A stretch of 64,000 nt of DNA, taken from positions 1 through 64,000 of IMG/VR virus record IMGVR_UViG_3300034101_006325; one strand, written 5' to 3'. Origin of the DNA: a virus. Its lineage: Duplodnaviria; Caudoviricetes. Both the position numbers and the translations under genes were made by a program. Positions within the stretch are counted from its first letter, which is position 1. Each line of letters begins with the position of its first letter. The notes beneath the pieces are model-generated. The model made no database searches. It worked only from the letters and a program-made list of their open reading frames with translations, and was not told the DNA's origin. Below are positions 8,133 to 17,402 of this stretch, one piece after another.

Positions 8133-9014
8133 TTACTGTTTAAAATTCTTGATATCTGCACAGCATCTAAAACCTTGTTGATAAAAAGTATGCCCAGGCC
8201 CATGATTTCGAGTTGCAGGTCGACAACGAGTCCGGACTGTCGACCAATACCCGCCTTTCAGGACAGAAGGATACGGATATTGACTCTTACGAACAGTAGA
8301 AGTCCATTCATCTACAGACCCATTCATGTCCTCGACTCCAAATGAAGATGCACACTGCGGAGAAATACCACTTCGACGTCCTTTCCACAATCGTTTTAAT
8401 TCCTGAGAACATTCCTGTGATCCACGTTGGGACAGAATTTTTTGTGAATATCTCTTCCATGGATTGTCCAAGTTACATTCTTGAGAATTACGTGTGTACC
8501 CGTAGGGGAAAGGAGTAGCCTCCTCGCCTTCACAGGCAAAAGTCCATTCATCTTCAGTACAGAGGCGTTTACCGACCGACTCGCACAACTTTTGTGATTC
8601 TCCCCAGGTTATCATCACCCATGGGTATGCATTCTTTTTGTTAGGCCATTCGTATTTATCGATGCAGAAAGACATGGGTTTTCTTGAGAAGCGTTTTGAT
8701 ACTTGAAGCCATTTATCTCTATTAAAAATAGCACATCTTTCTGGATATTTTCTCTCTATCCATCTGTCGCAAGTAGTCTTCTGGAGCGCCTCAATTGAAT
8801 TGGTGTGCCAGCTACCTAGACCCCCGTCATCTAACATCATACCCGATACACCGATCATGTTGCTTTGACAGCCGTCGACGAGGTCATGTTGAACAGGAGC
8901 GGCTGATATTTCAAAAGACCACCAGATTTTATTAATAAAACCAGCAGCTGGCACGTCATTATCTAACTGAATTGCATTAAAAAACAAAATACTTGCAAAG
9001 ACGGAGTCGTTCAT
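8133..9014 (-). CDS. FGE-sulfatase/SUMF1 domain protein
   Basis: FCIDKYEWPN, GKRLCTEDEWTFAC, FGVEDMNGSVDEW, KGGYW, GFRCC. Confidence 0.85.
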   Translation of the reverse strand: MNDSVFASILFFNAIQLDNDVPAAGFINKIWWSFEISAAPVQHDLVDGCQSNMIGVSGMMLDDGGLGSWHTNSIEALQKTTCDRWIERKYPERCAIFNRDKWLQVSKRFSRKPMSFCIDKYEWPNKKNAYPWVMITWGESQKLCESVGKRLCTEDEWTFACEGEEATPFPYGYTRNSQECNLDNPWKRYSQKILSQRGSQECSQELKRLWKGRRSGISPQCASSFGVEDMNGSVDEWTSTVRKSQYPYPSVLKGGYWSTVRTRCRPATRNHGPGHTFYQQGFRCCADIKNFKQ

Positions 9015-9028
9015 GTTTTATACTTAAA

Positions 9029-9565
9029 TTATGTTCTCTTTTTTAAATTTTTGGCAATAATCATAAGCATGTGTTTTATTTTTGGTGCCATTAAAATTAA
9101 CAACTTGTCGACCTCCACACCGATAATTTCATCAGGTTCTACAGTTTTAATCTCTCTGCAAGATCCATCCCATTCCTCAATCTCACTGTCAAGATATTCT
9201 TCATAAAGTTTTTCTTTTATTGCATGAAACAATAATTTTTCAAGAAGTGAAGAAGTCCAGCTGCTTACGTCAATGGCTCTTTGGTGTTCTGAACCGACTA
9301 TCACATTTTCATTTGAAACAATTGCTCCAAGCGAAGCGATCATGTCTCCAACAAAAGATCCTTTATAATTTTTTATTTCATTTAGTATCTCTAGCGTAAC
9401 AGTTTGCGGATCTTTGTCCCATCTGGCTTTAAGCATTCTACTAACACAAAATTTGCGGGGAGGACCGCCCTCTTTGTTTGGTAAATTTACTTCAATCTTT
9501 AACGTAATCTTGGGTTTTTCATCTAGCAACATAATTCTGACATCAATATAATCTGCGGTTGACAA
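9029..9565 (-). CDS. hypothetical protein
   Basis: 178 aa ORF. Confidence 0.65.
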   Translation of the reverse strand: MSTADYIDVRIMLLDEKPKITLKIEVNLPNKEGGPPRKFCVSRMLKARWDKDPQTVTLEILNEIKNYKGSFVGDMIASLGAIVSNENVIVGSEHQRAIDVSSWTSSLLEKLLFHAIKEKLYEEYLDSEIEEWDGSCREIKTVEPDEIIGVEVDKLLILMAPKIKHMLMIIAKNLKKRT

Positions 9566-9592
9566 ATTTATCTTTTAGAAAAAAGATACATA

Positions 9593-10165
9593 TTGACAAT
9601 AATTTGGAGTGTTGTCATGATTTCAAATGAAAATTACGAAGCCTTCTTGCAAGAAATAAAAAATGAATTCCCGGATTTCAAACTTGTCAAAAAAACAGAC
9701 TCAAAATTGATGAAATTTATTGATGGATTTTTAAAAGTAATTACCTTCGGCAAAATGAATACTTTCATGGAAGGTTTCATCACTACTATTGGAAATACTG
9801 TGTATGTTAACAGTAGCTGGGATGCAAGATCGGCGTCAACAAAAGCAATTACGTTAAGACACGAACGTGTTCACATGCGACAGTCTAAAACAAACGGCAG
9901 GCTTAAATTTTCTTTGATGTATCTCCTATTTCCTTTGCCGTCTGTTTTTGCGTATTATCGCAAAAAATTTGAACAAGAAGCGTACGAAGAAAGTCTCAAA
10001 GCTTTATGTGAATACTACGGACCAAAATTTTTTACTCAAGCAACGAAAGATGACATAGTAAAACACTTTACATCAGCTGAATATTTCTGGATGTGGCCAT
10101 GGAAACAGGACGTAGAAAAATGGTACGACAAGGTAGTCGCAGATATTACAAAAAATCATAAATGA
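9593..10165 (+). CDS. HExxH zincin-like protein
   Basis: FITTIG...LRHERVHMRQ...FEQEAY; start may be MISNEN. Confidence 0.65.
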   Translation: MTIIWSVVMISNENYEAFLQEIKNEFPDFKLVKKTDSKLMKFIDGFLKVITFGKMNTFMEGFITTIGNTVYVNSSWDARSASTKAITLRHERVHMRQSKTNGRLKFSLMYLLFPLPSVFAYYRKKFEQEAYEESLKALCEYYGPKFFTQATKDDIVKHFTSAEYFWMWPWKQDVEKWYDKVVADITKNHK

Positions 10166-10238
10166 TTTTAAAAATAGTTAAAGTCGATAATAGCTATGAT
10201 TAAGGCTGGAATTCAGCCCCTCCAGCCAGGAGGTCCTG

Positions 10239-10943
10239 ATGAAAAATTTCAGGAACCTATTGAAAATTAGTCTGTTATCTTTCTTGGTGGGTGGGTGTTG
10301 CACAACAATTATACAACCTGAACAAAACAGTCAAACGCCTCAATTTGAAAATAAAATTACTGTTGAAAATTTGAGGCAAACGACCATTGCCATCGTCGAC
10401 ACTTCCCTCGGTAAAATTATACCGACTTGCAGTGGCGTCTGGATCGGTCACAATATGATACTCACAGCTGCACACTGCGTCGAAGATCTTACTTTAATAG
10501 AATTCTCGACTGCAGATGATTATAACAATGAAAAGGTAAGAAAAGCAACCGTTGTAGCGTCAGACAAACAAATCGATCTTGCCTTAATAACGACCGATGG
10601 TGTCGATGATCAACATCCCATTGCAGTACTCTCAAATGAAATAATTTCCACAGGAGATCGCGTCGACATCGTCGGACATCCAGTAGGATATGCATGGACG
10701 TACATGATGGGACACGTGAGTTCAATTAGATCAAATATGACAGGACCTACCGGTATTTCCGAAAAAATCATTCAAATTTCTGCGCCTGTTTGGATGGGAA
10801 ATAGCGGAGGCGGAGCTTTTGACAATGAAGGCAGACTTATTGGCATTTGCTCGTGGATTTCAAAAAATGGTCCACAGCTTTCATTTTTTGTTCACAAAGA
10901 CGCAATTAATCAATTTTTAAATGAAAATTTAACAAAAATTTAA
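10239..10943 (+). CDS. trypsin-like serine protease, probable lipoprotein
   Basis: Triad motifs LTAAHC, IDLAL, GNSGG; signal peptide ending GGC; AGGAGG RBS. Confidence 0.9.
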   Translation: MKNFRNLLKISLLSFLVGGCCTTIIQPEQNSQTPQFENKITVENLRQTTIAIVDTSLGKIIPTCSGVWIGHNMILTAAHCVEDLTLIEFSTADDYNNEKVRKATVVASDKQIDLALITTDGVDDQHPIAVLSNEIISTGDRVDIVGHPVGYAWTYMMGHVSSIRSNMTGPTGISEKIIQISAPVWMGNSGGGAFDNEGRLIGICSWISKNGPQLSFFVHKDAINQFLNENLTKI

Positions 10944-11389
10944 TCAGGCGGGAGACATTGCGTCTCCCGCATTTTTCTCCACTGCCAATAAAGTGCCAAT
11001 GCTCCATCATTAGGAACAACATCGCCTAGTTGATTTTGGAAAAAAATTTCCCACATTCTAGACGCATATTCACCAACGCCAGGTAACTGTTTGGCGTGCG
11101 ACCAGTCTTTTTTTATGTAGGCATTCGCAAGATCCAAAAGTCGAATTGATCTACGTTTCCCAAATCCTAGACAAGAAATGATGTTTTCTATATCTGACTG
11201 ACTTGCAAAAGTTAAAGACTGAGCATCGGGCCATTTATTAAAAAAATTTGGTAGAATTTTTTCTACTTGTTTCCTGGTGGTGCAATTCAATAAAACACAA
11301 ACTACCAAACACCTCCATTCGTCCGGCCATAAATCTTCTTGTATTAGACTATATGGACTTCTAGGCGGTAACATTTTTATAGGTGCCAA
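10940..11389 (-). CDS. MBD4-like HhH-GPD DNA glycosylase
   Basis: LIQEDL..DEW..LV.CVLLNCTT, LPGVGEY HhH, PND catalytic Asp. Confidence 0.8.
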   Translation of the reverse strand: MAPIKMLPPRSPYSLIQEDLWPDEWRCLVVCVLLNCTTRKQVEKILPNFFNKWPDAQSLTFASQSDIENIISCLGFGKRRSIRLLDLANAYIKKDWSHAKQLPGVGEYASRMWEIFFQNQLGDVVPNDGALALYWQWRKMRETQCLPPD

Positions 11390-12408
11390 TTTGAAATAAT
11401 GTGTTTTAGATTGATCACATCTTCTTCATTCCTTACAGGCATGTATCTCTCTGATCTAGAAACTCCCAAATAACTTGTCGAATAAGCAGACGTTATTTCT
11501 TGAATAAGCCTGCTGAATTGAACAGAAAGTCTTTTATCGCTTTGAACTGACGTCCTGTGCCAAATTTTTCCTAACAACTCAAATTGAAGATTGGCATCCA
11601 CGACGTATGATCTTGTAGAAAGCCAAGTATACTTTTCAAGATCATCGTTTACTTGTGAAAATTGAACTATCTGCGGCCCATCGAATGCATCCACTAAAAT
11701 ATCACCAAATTCATTTTCTTTTCTCTTGACGACTTCACAAGTTACCTTTGAACGGGTGTGAAGATGGTAACCAACAATTGATGGTTCTAGGGACGCAAAT
11801 ACATTTTCAACATCTACAACAAAAATATGCTGAATCCCTTTCAGTAAGTTTTGTTGAGTTGCAAGTACTGAAAATAAATCTCCACTGCCGCAGATTGTAG
11901 AAAAATTATTTTCTTCAATTAGATTATCAGGCGTCAACTTGTAAGTTAAAAAATGATCAACAAGCGTAATTCTACGAGAAATATCTTCAGACAATTGAGA
12001 AATTTTATCCTCAAAAAGTTTTCGTTGTAAGGGATTGATTAAAAACCAGATGGGACCACTGCCGGGTGCCTGTTGCATCTTGAGATCAAAAAGCGTCAGA
12101 TTTGTCTCAGGCATAACAGACAAAGATCTGTCGCTTCCAGCGAGGACGCAGAATGCAATTTCACCACGAGATATTGCTTGCTCACCGATTGAAGAAAACT
12201 CTTCAATGGAATCGTGATAAAAATTTATCTGAGATGATCTAGGCGGTACAGAACTCACAGAAGTATCTCTTGGTTTCGTCAAAAGCTGAACCAAGTCCTT
12301 TTCATGAAGTCCCCCGCTGATGTTGACATGACGTCTAATCATATCAGGGACAACATCAAAAGACTTTAATAGCTGATCAACAAATCCAAAGTTTTTCATT
12401 GCAGACAA
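11377..12408 (-). CDS. UDP-sugar pyrophosphorylase family protein (divergent)
   Basis: CVLAG, CGSGDLFS, IFVVDVEN.....EP..VG.H, CEVVKR. Confidence 0.65.
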   Translation of the reverse strand: MSAMKNFGFVDQLLKSFDVVPDMIRRHVNISGGLHEKDLVQLLTKPRDTSVSSVPPRSSQINFYHDSIEEFSSIGEQAISRGEIAFCVLAGSDRSLSVMPETNLTLFDLKMQQAPGSGPIWFLINPLQRKLFEDKISQLSEDISRRITLVDHFLTYKLTPDNLIEENNFSTICGSGDLFSVLATQQNLLKGIQHIFVVDVENVFASLEPSIVGYHLHTRSKVTCEVVKRKENEFGDILVDAFDGPQIVQFSQVNDDLEKYTWLSTRSYVVDANLQFELLGKIWHRTSVQSDKRLSVQFSRLIQEITSAYSTSYLGVSRSERYMPVRNEEDVINLKHIISNWHL

Positions 12409-12429
12409 ATTAACCTAAAAATTTGTCAT

Positions 12430-12939
12430 TTACAAAACTAATTGTCTCATCATTCTCTTGAAGAGTTCGCCGTACTTCCCATTTTCAAGGGTTTTTTCAT
12501 CGACCCAAGCGACAATTCCTTCGTCGGAATTTCTCATCTTTCCTGCGACGTCAATTGCTTTGAATACGACAGTTTTGCCGTCGCTATAAATTTCAATCAT
12601 CTCACCGGCGATGAGTCCTGTTTCTTCCCACAACTCTCGACGAGCAGCATCCTCGGGAGTCTCTCCCGATTTTATGCCTCCGCCAGGCATGTTTAAATCA
12701 GTGGCGTCATCAGGACGTGATACTGCTAGAATCTTTCCAGACTTACCTCGAAAAAACACCACTGCTGAACTAGGACGTATCTTTGATCTTTCTTCTGCTT
12801 CCTCGTCTGTCAGCACATTCGTGCGATTGCTGGTCACGAACTGGCCAGCTCGTATATTGCCGGGAGCATCAGACCTGCGCGATCCGCGCATGGTGTAGTC
12901 ACCCACTATTTCAATGAATCTCTTTTTAGATTTCATCAT
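12430..12939 (-). CDS. NUDIX hydrolase
   Basis: Nudix box GGGIKSGETPEDAARRELWEETGL. Confidence 0.9.
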   Translation of the reverse strand: MMKSKKRFIEIVGDYTMRGSRRSDAPGNIRAGQFVTSNRTNVLTDEEAEERSKIRPSSAVVFFRGKSGKILAVSRPDDATDLNMPGGGIKSGETPEDAARRELWEETGLIAGEMIEIYSDGKTVVFKAIDVAGKMRNSDEGIVAWVDEKTLENGKYGELFKRMMRQLVL

Positions 12940-13312
12940 CCACTGCTCTCATTGCAGCATCATAACCACGCTTTGAGTACTCTTTCATTGCATTCATGAA
13001 AACTTTTTGTTCCTGCTCAGGTTTTAATCTTAGACGTTTAATGGCATCAACAATGCTGTTTACTTCTCTTCGACTATCTGAGTCCTTAACCTGAGATTGT
13101 CTGTCCGCGGTGCCAGGCTCGTAACTTGTCCCCAACAAATTTGAAAGTAATCTTGAACCTGCGTCTTTCAAGGACCACTTGAGCTTCCCAAGTTGATTAT
13201 CTAAAAATTGAGAAAAAAGCGAATCCCTGCGGGAACGTCTAATGAACTCCACTTGCAAAGATTCTTTAATGAAATTTACAAGAAGTTCTTTGTCTTTCTG
13301 ATCGTTTGTCAT
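12926..13312 (-). CDS. hypothetical protein with FIKE-type leader
   Basis: Start MTNDQKDKELLVNFIKESL behind ATATTTA and GAGG. Confidence 0.6.
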   Translation of the reverse strand: MTNDQKDKELLVNFIKESLQVEFIRRSRRDSLFSQFLDNQLGKLKWSLKDAGSRLLSNLLGTSYEPGTADRQSQVKDSDSRREVNSIVDAIKRLRLKPEQEQKVFMNAMKEYSKRGYDAAMRAVDDEI

Positions 13313-13366
13313 TGCCTCTTTAAATATTTGGAAAACAACAAAAGAACTGCGTCTATAATTTAAAAA

Positions 13367-13708
13367 GTGCACACATTTGAAGTAGGAGAACTCGTTGTAC
13401 CAAAATTAAAATTTGGTATCACTTCCCTTTTGCTTTGGCGCCTCCAAGATAATCAAGTTGTCAACAACATCGTTGAAACAGTTAAGAAGGATTGTGTGTT
13501 GACTATTGTCAAATCCATGCCAATGACAAACAATCAGCTGTTTTTAAACGACGAATGGATGCATGGTGCTTATCTTCTTTTGACGCCAAACGGTAAATTA
13601 GGTTGTTCGGGCGGTGGTTGGTTAAAAAAATTACCAACGTGCTCTAATTCCCAGCTTAAATCCATTGGGCGCAAGAGGTACGTTGATTCCAACGGGCTCT
13701 GTAAGTAA
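13367..13708 (+). CDS. SH3-like hypothetical protein
   Basis: FEVGELV...LLTPNGKLG; followed by a terminator. Confidence 0.6.
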   Translation: MHTFEVGELVVPKLKFGITSLLLWRLQDNQVVNNIVETVKKDCVLTIVKSMPMTNNQLFLNDEWMHGAYLLLTPNGKLGCSGGGWLKKLPTCSNSQLKSIGRKRYVDSNGLCK

Positions 13709-13738
13709 AATTTCATTTTGCAAATCTAACAATGATCG

Positions 13739-13761
13739 AAAGCCTCCCGTAGGCTTTTTTT
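13739..13761 (+). terminator. intrinsic terminator
   Basis: AAGCCT-cccgt-AGGCTT followed by a T-run. Confidence 0.6.
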
Positions 13762-13884
13762 CAACTGCCAGTGGAATTGCAATGACAATAGAACTATTCT
13801 TGAGTGCAGTTTTGACAGGCAGAGGCTCTATCGTTGTATTGCTGTTGGATGTAAATCCTGCACAAGCTGTTAGACTTAATGTAG

Positions 13885-14733
13885 TCAAACACCCCACAAA
13901 GAATCGAAAGACGAGTGAAATTTTTGCCACGAACCCTCCTTGACGATGGATTGAAATCCCATAGAAGTAAATAATTCTTTCACAGCATCCCAATTCTTTG
14001 CAGGAGAAGTAGACGTCATTTCAAGCTTTTCTTGCTCGTTCCAGGCGCGGAACGAAATGAGATCGTAATTTCTTTGAAAAATTTCAGCCTTGCTGCGATC
14101 GGACAAAACCTCGGACAACAGTTCAGGATCACATGCAAGCTTCTCGGCTGTCTTGTCGCCAATGCCAGGAATACCTGGGATATTGTCGGTGGCATCGCCA
14201 CGAAGGGCCTTCCAGGTAACGTAGGGATAGTCAGGAGAATTCACGAAATATTTCTTGACAGGATTATACAAGGAAATATGCGGGAATTCTTGTAGGGCCT
14301 GGATGAAGTCAGTGTCGGATGAGACGACCACCCATGGGACAGCTGTGGATGAGGTCTTGATCAGATTGTAGATGGTATCGTCGGCCTCGGAGGTCGGATG
14401 GCGGACGAGGGTCACGGGGAAATAAGAAGAAAGAAGATTGACGATCGCATCCTTCTGCTTGAAGAACTTCATGAGTTCCTCGTGACGAGGATCATTCTCC
14501 CCCACGATTCGATTAGCCTTGTACTCCGTCATCTGCTCGTGACGATGCACAGGCCTGCCTTCGAGTGCCAAGTAGACGCGGTTAGGTTTGAATTGATCGA
14601 CGAGTGCCCTGAACTGACGAAAGAAGTTGTAAATGACAGCGTGCTCGCCAGCGGTAAATCCACTGCGAGCACGATGGGCTGCGTTCATAAAGTCGATGCA
14701 GAGGATGGTCATGAGGACCATCATAACACGCAA
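13885..14733 (-). CDS. 5'-3' exonuclease / T4 RNase H-like flap nuclease
   Basis: CIDFMN, YKANR, EADD, SSDTDF, LRGDATDNIPGIPGIGDKTA. Confidence 0.9.
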   Translation of the reverse strand: MRVMMVLMTILCIDFMNAAHRARSGFTAGEHAVIYNFFRQFRALVDQFKPNRVYLALEGRPVHRHEQMTEYKANRIVGENDPRHEELMKFFKQKDAIVNLLSSYFPVTLVRHPTSEADDTIYNLIKTSSTAVPWVVVSSDTDFIQALQEFPHISLYNPVKKYFVNSPDYPYVTWKALRGDATDNIPGIPGIGDKTAEKLACDPELLSEVLSDRSKAEIFQRNYDLISFRAWNEQEKLEMTSTSPAKNWDAVKELFTSMGFQSIVKEGSWQKFHSSFDSLWGV

Positions 14734-14753
14734 ATGATGTTATTGCACAAAGA

Positions 14754-15230
14754 TCAGGTGCCTAGTCTGCCTTGATCTACTTCTTCACGTGAAACAACTT
14801 CACCTGACTTCGTATCTACAACCACCTTTGTCTTGCTGGCGTACATTGGGTCACGCTCATATTTTTCCTGAAAACGTGCTTCACCTTCTACGTAAGATGC
14901 ATTGTCTTGCATCAATTGCTTGACAGCTTCCTTGACAGTTTTACCTTTCAGGTTTTCAAAAACAGCGGATATTTGTTCGGGTGTGTGGCTCTTGTTCAAG
15001 GCTGCGAAAAATTTGTCGTAATTTCCCATTACAGAATCGTAAAGATCTTGTAGTTTGTCGGGAGTTCCCTTGTAAGATTTGAAAAAACGCATAACACCTC
15101 TTGGGTTATACATTGACTTCTTTAGAGCCAAAAATTCCTTGTATGCAGCCATGGAATCACTTGAACCCGCTGCTGCGCTCTCGACAGTTTCACGAATAAT
15201 TCTCTTCAGATCTCCTAGACGTATCTTCAT
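14754..15230 (-). CDS. hypothetical protein with LKRIIRE leader
   Basis: MKIRLGDLKRIIRETVE with GAGG RBS. Confidence 0.7.
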   Translation of the reverse strand: MKIRLGDLKRIIRETVESAAAGSSDSMAAYKEFLALKKSMYNPRGVMRFFKSYKGTPDKLQDLYDSVMGNYDKFFAALNKSHTPEQISAVFENLKGKTVKEAVKQLMQDNASYVEGEARFQEKYERDPMYASKTKVVVDTKSGEVVSREEVDQGRLGT

Positions 15231-15258
15231 GTTGCCTCTTAAACTTGAGTAAATATAA

Positions 15259-16002
15259 TCACGTAAGCAATTGTTCAATAATTTGTGCAGTGTGTTCAGG
15301 GCCTGTGGTTTCTATGCACTGAACGCCCGTGGTTTTCACTGCGTAGTCATTTCCGCCTGGAAACAATGCATCACCGATGAACAACATGTCTTCTTTAGAG
15401 AAACCTAGGTGCTTCTCGATCTGAGAAATACCGTATGCCTTGTCGATACCTTTTCTCGTCACGTCAATGGAAGTTGCGCCGCCGGCCCTCAGGTCAAATT
15501 CTGGCAGAAATTGTCGAAGTTGATCGATGAGGATGAGACGCTTGAAAAAATTCGGATCCCATTTCTTTTTCTCGGTTACGGGAGCCAGCTGACCCATGGC
15601 AGAGAATGTGACCTGTGTGCCACGATTTTCGATCTGATCTCCCCAGAATCTCTTGGGCATGCTAACGCCAGGATCTGCGAGGACTTTTTTAAATGCTGAC
15701 ATGATTTTTTTGACTTCTTCGTCAGTCAGATCCTCACAGTACACTTGAGTCCACTTTGAACCGTCGGGATTGTTGTAAAAACTTGTTCCCGATGTTGGAA
15801 ACAAGTGCAATCGTTTCGTCAAACTTGCTTCCAGCCCAAGTTGATTGACAAGCTGAGACTCGAACTGCGGCCACGCACCGCCCGAAATAACTGCAACATC
15901 GTATGTGTTCAACAGACGTCTGAGAACATCGGACATTTCAGCAGTGATTCTTGACTTGCTTTCTGCGAGCGTCCCGTCGAGGTCGAAAATGATTATCTTC
16001 AT
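15259..16002 (-). CDS. HAD-IIB phosphomannomutase
   Basis: DLDGTL, ISGG, IENRG, GGATSID, GDALFPGGND. Confidence 0.85.
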   Translation of the reverse strand: MKIIIFDLDGTLAESKSRITAEMSDVLRRLLNTYDVAVISGGAWPQFESQLVNQLGLEASLTKRLHLFPTSGTSFYNNPDGSKWTQVYCEDLTDEEVKKIMSAFKKVLADPGVSMPKRFWGDQIENRGTQVTFSAMGQLAPVTEKKKWDPNFFKRLILIDQLRQFLPEFDLRAGGATSIDVTRKGIDKAYGISQIEKHLGFSKEDMLFIGDALFPGGNDYAVKTTGVQCIETTGPEHTAQIIEQLLT

Positions 16003-16034
16003 TGCGGTCTTAAATATAAAATTGCCACAAAAAA

Positions 16035-16616
16035 TCACGAACGAATATACTTTTTAATGACGTGTCGTCCGGTCCTCTCATCCGGCGGGACGAAGTCCAT
16101 CTCGAGGAGATCGAAGAAATCCTTCTCCTCGGGAACCCACAGCTGCTCGCCTGTCGGCATGGTGGGCATGCAGTCGGTCATGCGGCCGCCACCGGACAAC
16201 TTTTTCCACCTAGCAAATGCACCGGGAGTGAATCCATTGAATGAGTTACCGTCGGCACCGACACCGCTGCCAGTTCGCATGAGAAAAAGTCCGCCCCAAT
16301 TTTCAGGTGATGCCATGAACAAGTCCAGGTTCATGCCTTCTTGCAGACGAACCCTGAGATACTTCGCATCAGATTTAGGTGACCATGGAACAGCGCCAGG
16401 AACGCCGGGTTTGATATGTTGACCCACATCTGTCAGTAAGGACAACAAAAGATCTCGTTGCTCTGAGATGGCTACGATCTCAATATCACCGACAATTTCT
16501 TTTTGTCTACGAATTGAGCCTGCAATCTCGCCTCGATCGAGAGCAGGCATGATGTGATTCAATACAGAATTTGCGATAAAATTAGCTTCAGACAGCAGAA
16601 TCTTGCCGATGCCCAT
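16035..16616 (-). CDS. DNA polymerase X family, short form
   Basis: IAGSIRR, GDIEIV, LDLF, RTGS. Confidence 0.85.
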   Translation of the reverse strand: MGIGKILLSEANFIANSVLNHIMPALDRGEIAGSIRRQKEIVGDIEIVAISEQRDLLLSLLTDVGQHIKPGVPGAVPWSPKSDAKYLRVRLQEGMNLDLFMASPENWGGLFLMRTGSGVGADGNSFNGFTPGAFARWKKLSGGGRMTDCMPTMPTGEQLWVPEEKDFFDLLEMDFVPPDERTGRHVIKKYIRS

Positions 16617-16622
16617 GCAAAT

Positions 16623-16652
16623 ATAGTAGCACTAAACTACAAATATTTGCAC
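16623..16652 (-). promoter_or_regulatory. sigma70-like promoter, probably leaderless polX transcript
   Basis: GTGCAA-N18-TACTAT with extended TG; 6 nt to ATG. Confidence 0.55.
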
Positions 16653-16666
16653 GGGCAAGAAAAATG

Positions 16667-16921
16667 TCATGTAGTAGCTGTTAATCCTAACTTTTCAAGA
16701 ACAAGATCTTCAAGATAAGGAGAATCATCGTTCCATCCCTGATATTCTTCTCCTGACAACTCAACAATCCCGTTTGAAAGTACTTCATCAAGGTCTGAAA
16801 GAAGTTGCCATGATATGGTTGCTTCACCACTGTCAGCAAATTTTTTAATATTTGCACCTGCAATTAGCAAAGTTGTTGCTGTGGATGGAAAAACAGGGAC
16901 TGGGTTGATTCTAATTTTCAT
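16667..16921 (-). CDS. hypothetical phage protein
   Basis: MKIRINPVPVFP...WNDD..Y....VLEKLGL. Confidence 0.65.
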   Translation of the reverse strand: MKIRINPVPVFPSTATTLLIAGANIKKFADSGEATISWQLLSDLDEVLSNGIVELSGEEYQGWNDDSPYLEDLVLEKLGLTATT

Positions 16922-16931
16922 GATTTGTATC

Positions 16932-17102
16932 TTAATTATCTGAACGATTAGTTGATGTAACGTCTTCAATGTTATTCTTAATTTTATATGGACAATTTCG
17001 ACAGCGTGAGTTACAGCAGTAACCTCTTTTTAGAAGAAATTCACGTGTAAAGACAAGCTTGTTATCTTCCATAATATAGTCAATTCCTTCTATCAGCTTC
17101 AT
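16932..17102 (-). CDS. small Cys-rich zinc-binding protein (DUF5522-like), not in ORF track
   Basis: Manual translation MKLIEGIDYIMEDNKLVFTREFLLKRGYCCNSRCRNCPY..., 56 aa. Confidence 0.75.
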   Translation of the reverse strand: MKLIEGIDYIMEDNKLVFTREFLLKRGYCCNSRCRNCPYKIKNNIEDVTSTNRSDN

Positions 17103-17111
17103 TAAGCTCAC

Positions 17112-17348
17112 CTAGATTTTTCTATCAATTAAATTATTAGGAACCTTTGCTAATATTTGAATAACATCTTCAATATTGTTAATTGCAGAATTTAATTTTG
17201 TTTCTGAAACTATAATAGAAAGAGGGACCATTCCGCTAGGATCGATCCCTTCTTTTCTTATCTTTGATAAATTTTTAGATATCAGTTCAAGTTTTTCTTT
17301 GACACCAAAGAGAATAGAACCCATTTCACTTGTCGTCAGGTCGCGCAT
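17112..17348 (-). CDS. hypothetical protein
   Basis: 78 aa, AGGAGG RBS. Confidence 0.65.
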   Translation of the reverse strand: MRDLTTSEMGSILFGVKEKLELISKNLSKIRKEGIDPSGMVPLSIIVSETKLNSAINNIEDVIQILAKVPNNLIDRKI

Positions 17349-17402
17349 AATTACGCCTCCTGACTATAAATAAATTCATCTATGATTTTTAGTCAAATTA
17401 CG

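Noticed and set aside
13631-13993. 120-aa minus-strand ORF with an LTAC lipobox-like motif
   Set aside because: It overlaps two better-supported genes and crosses a terminator, with no clear start or RBS.
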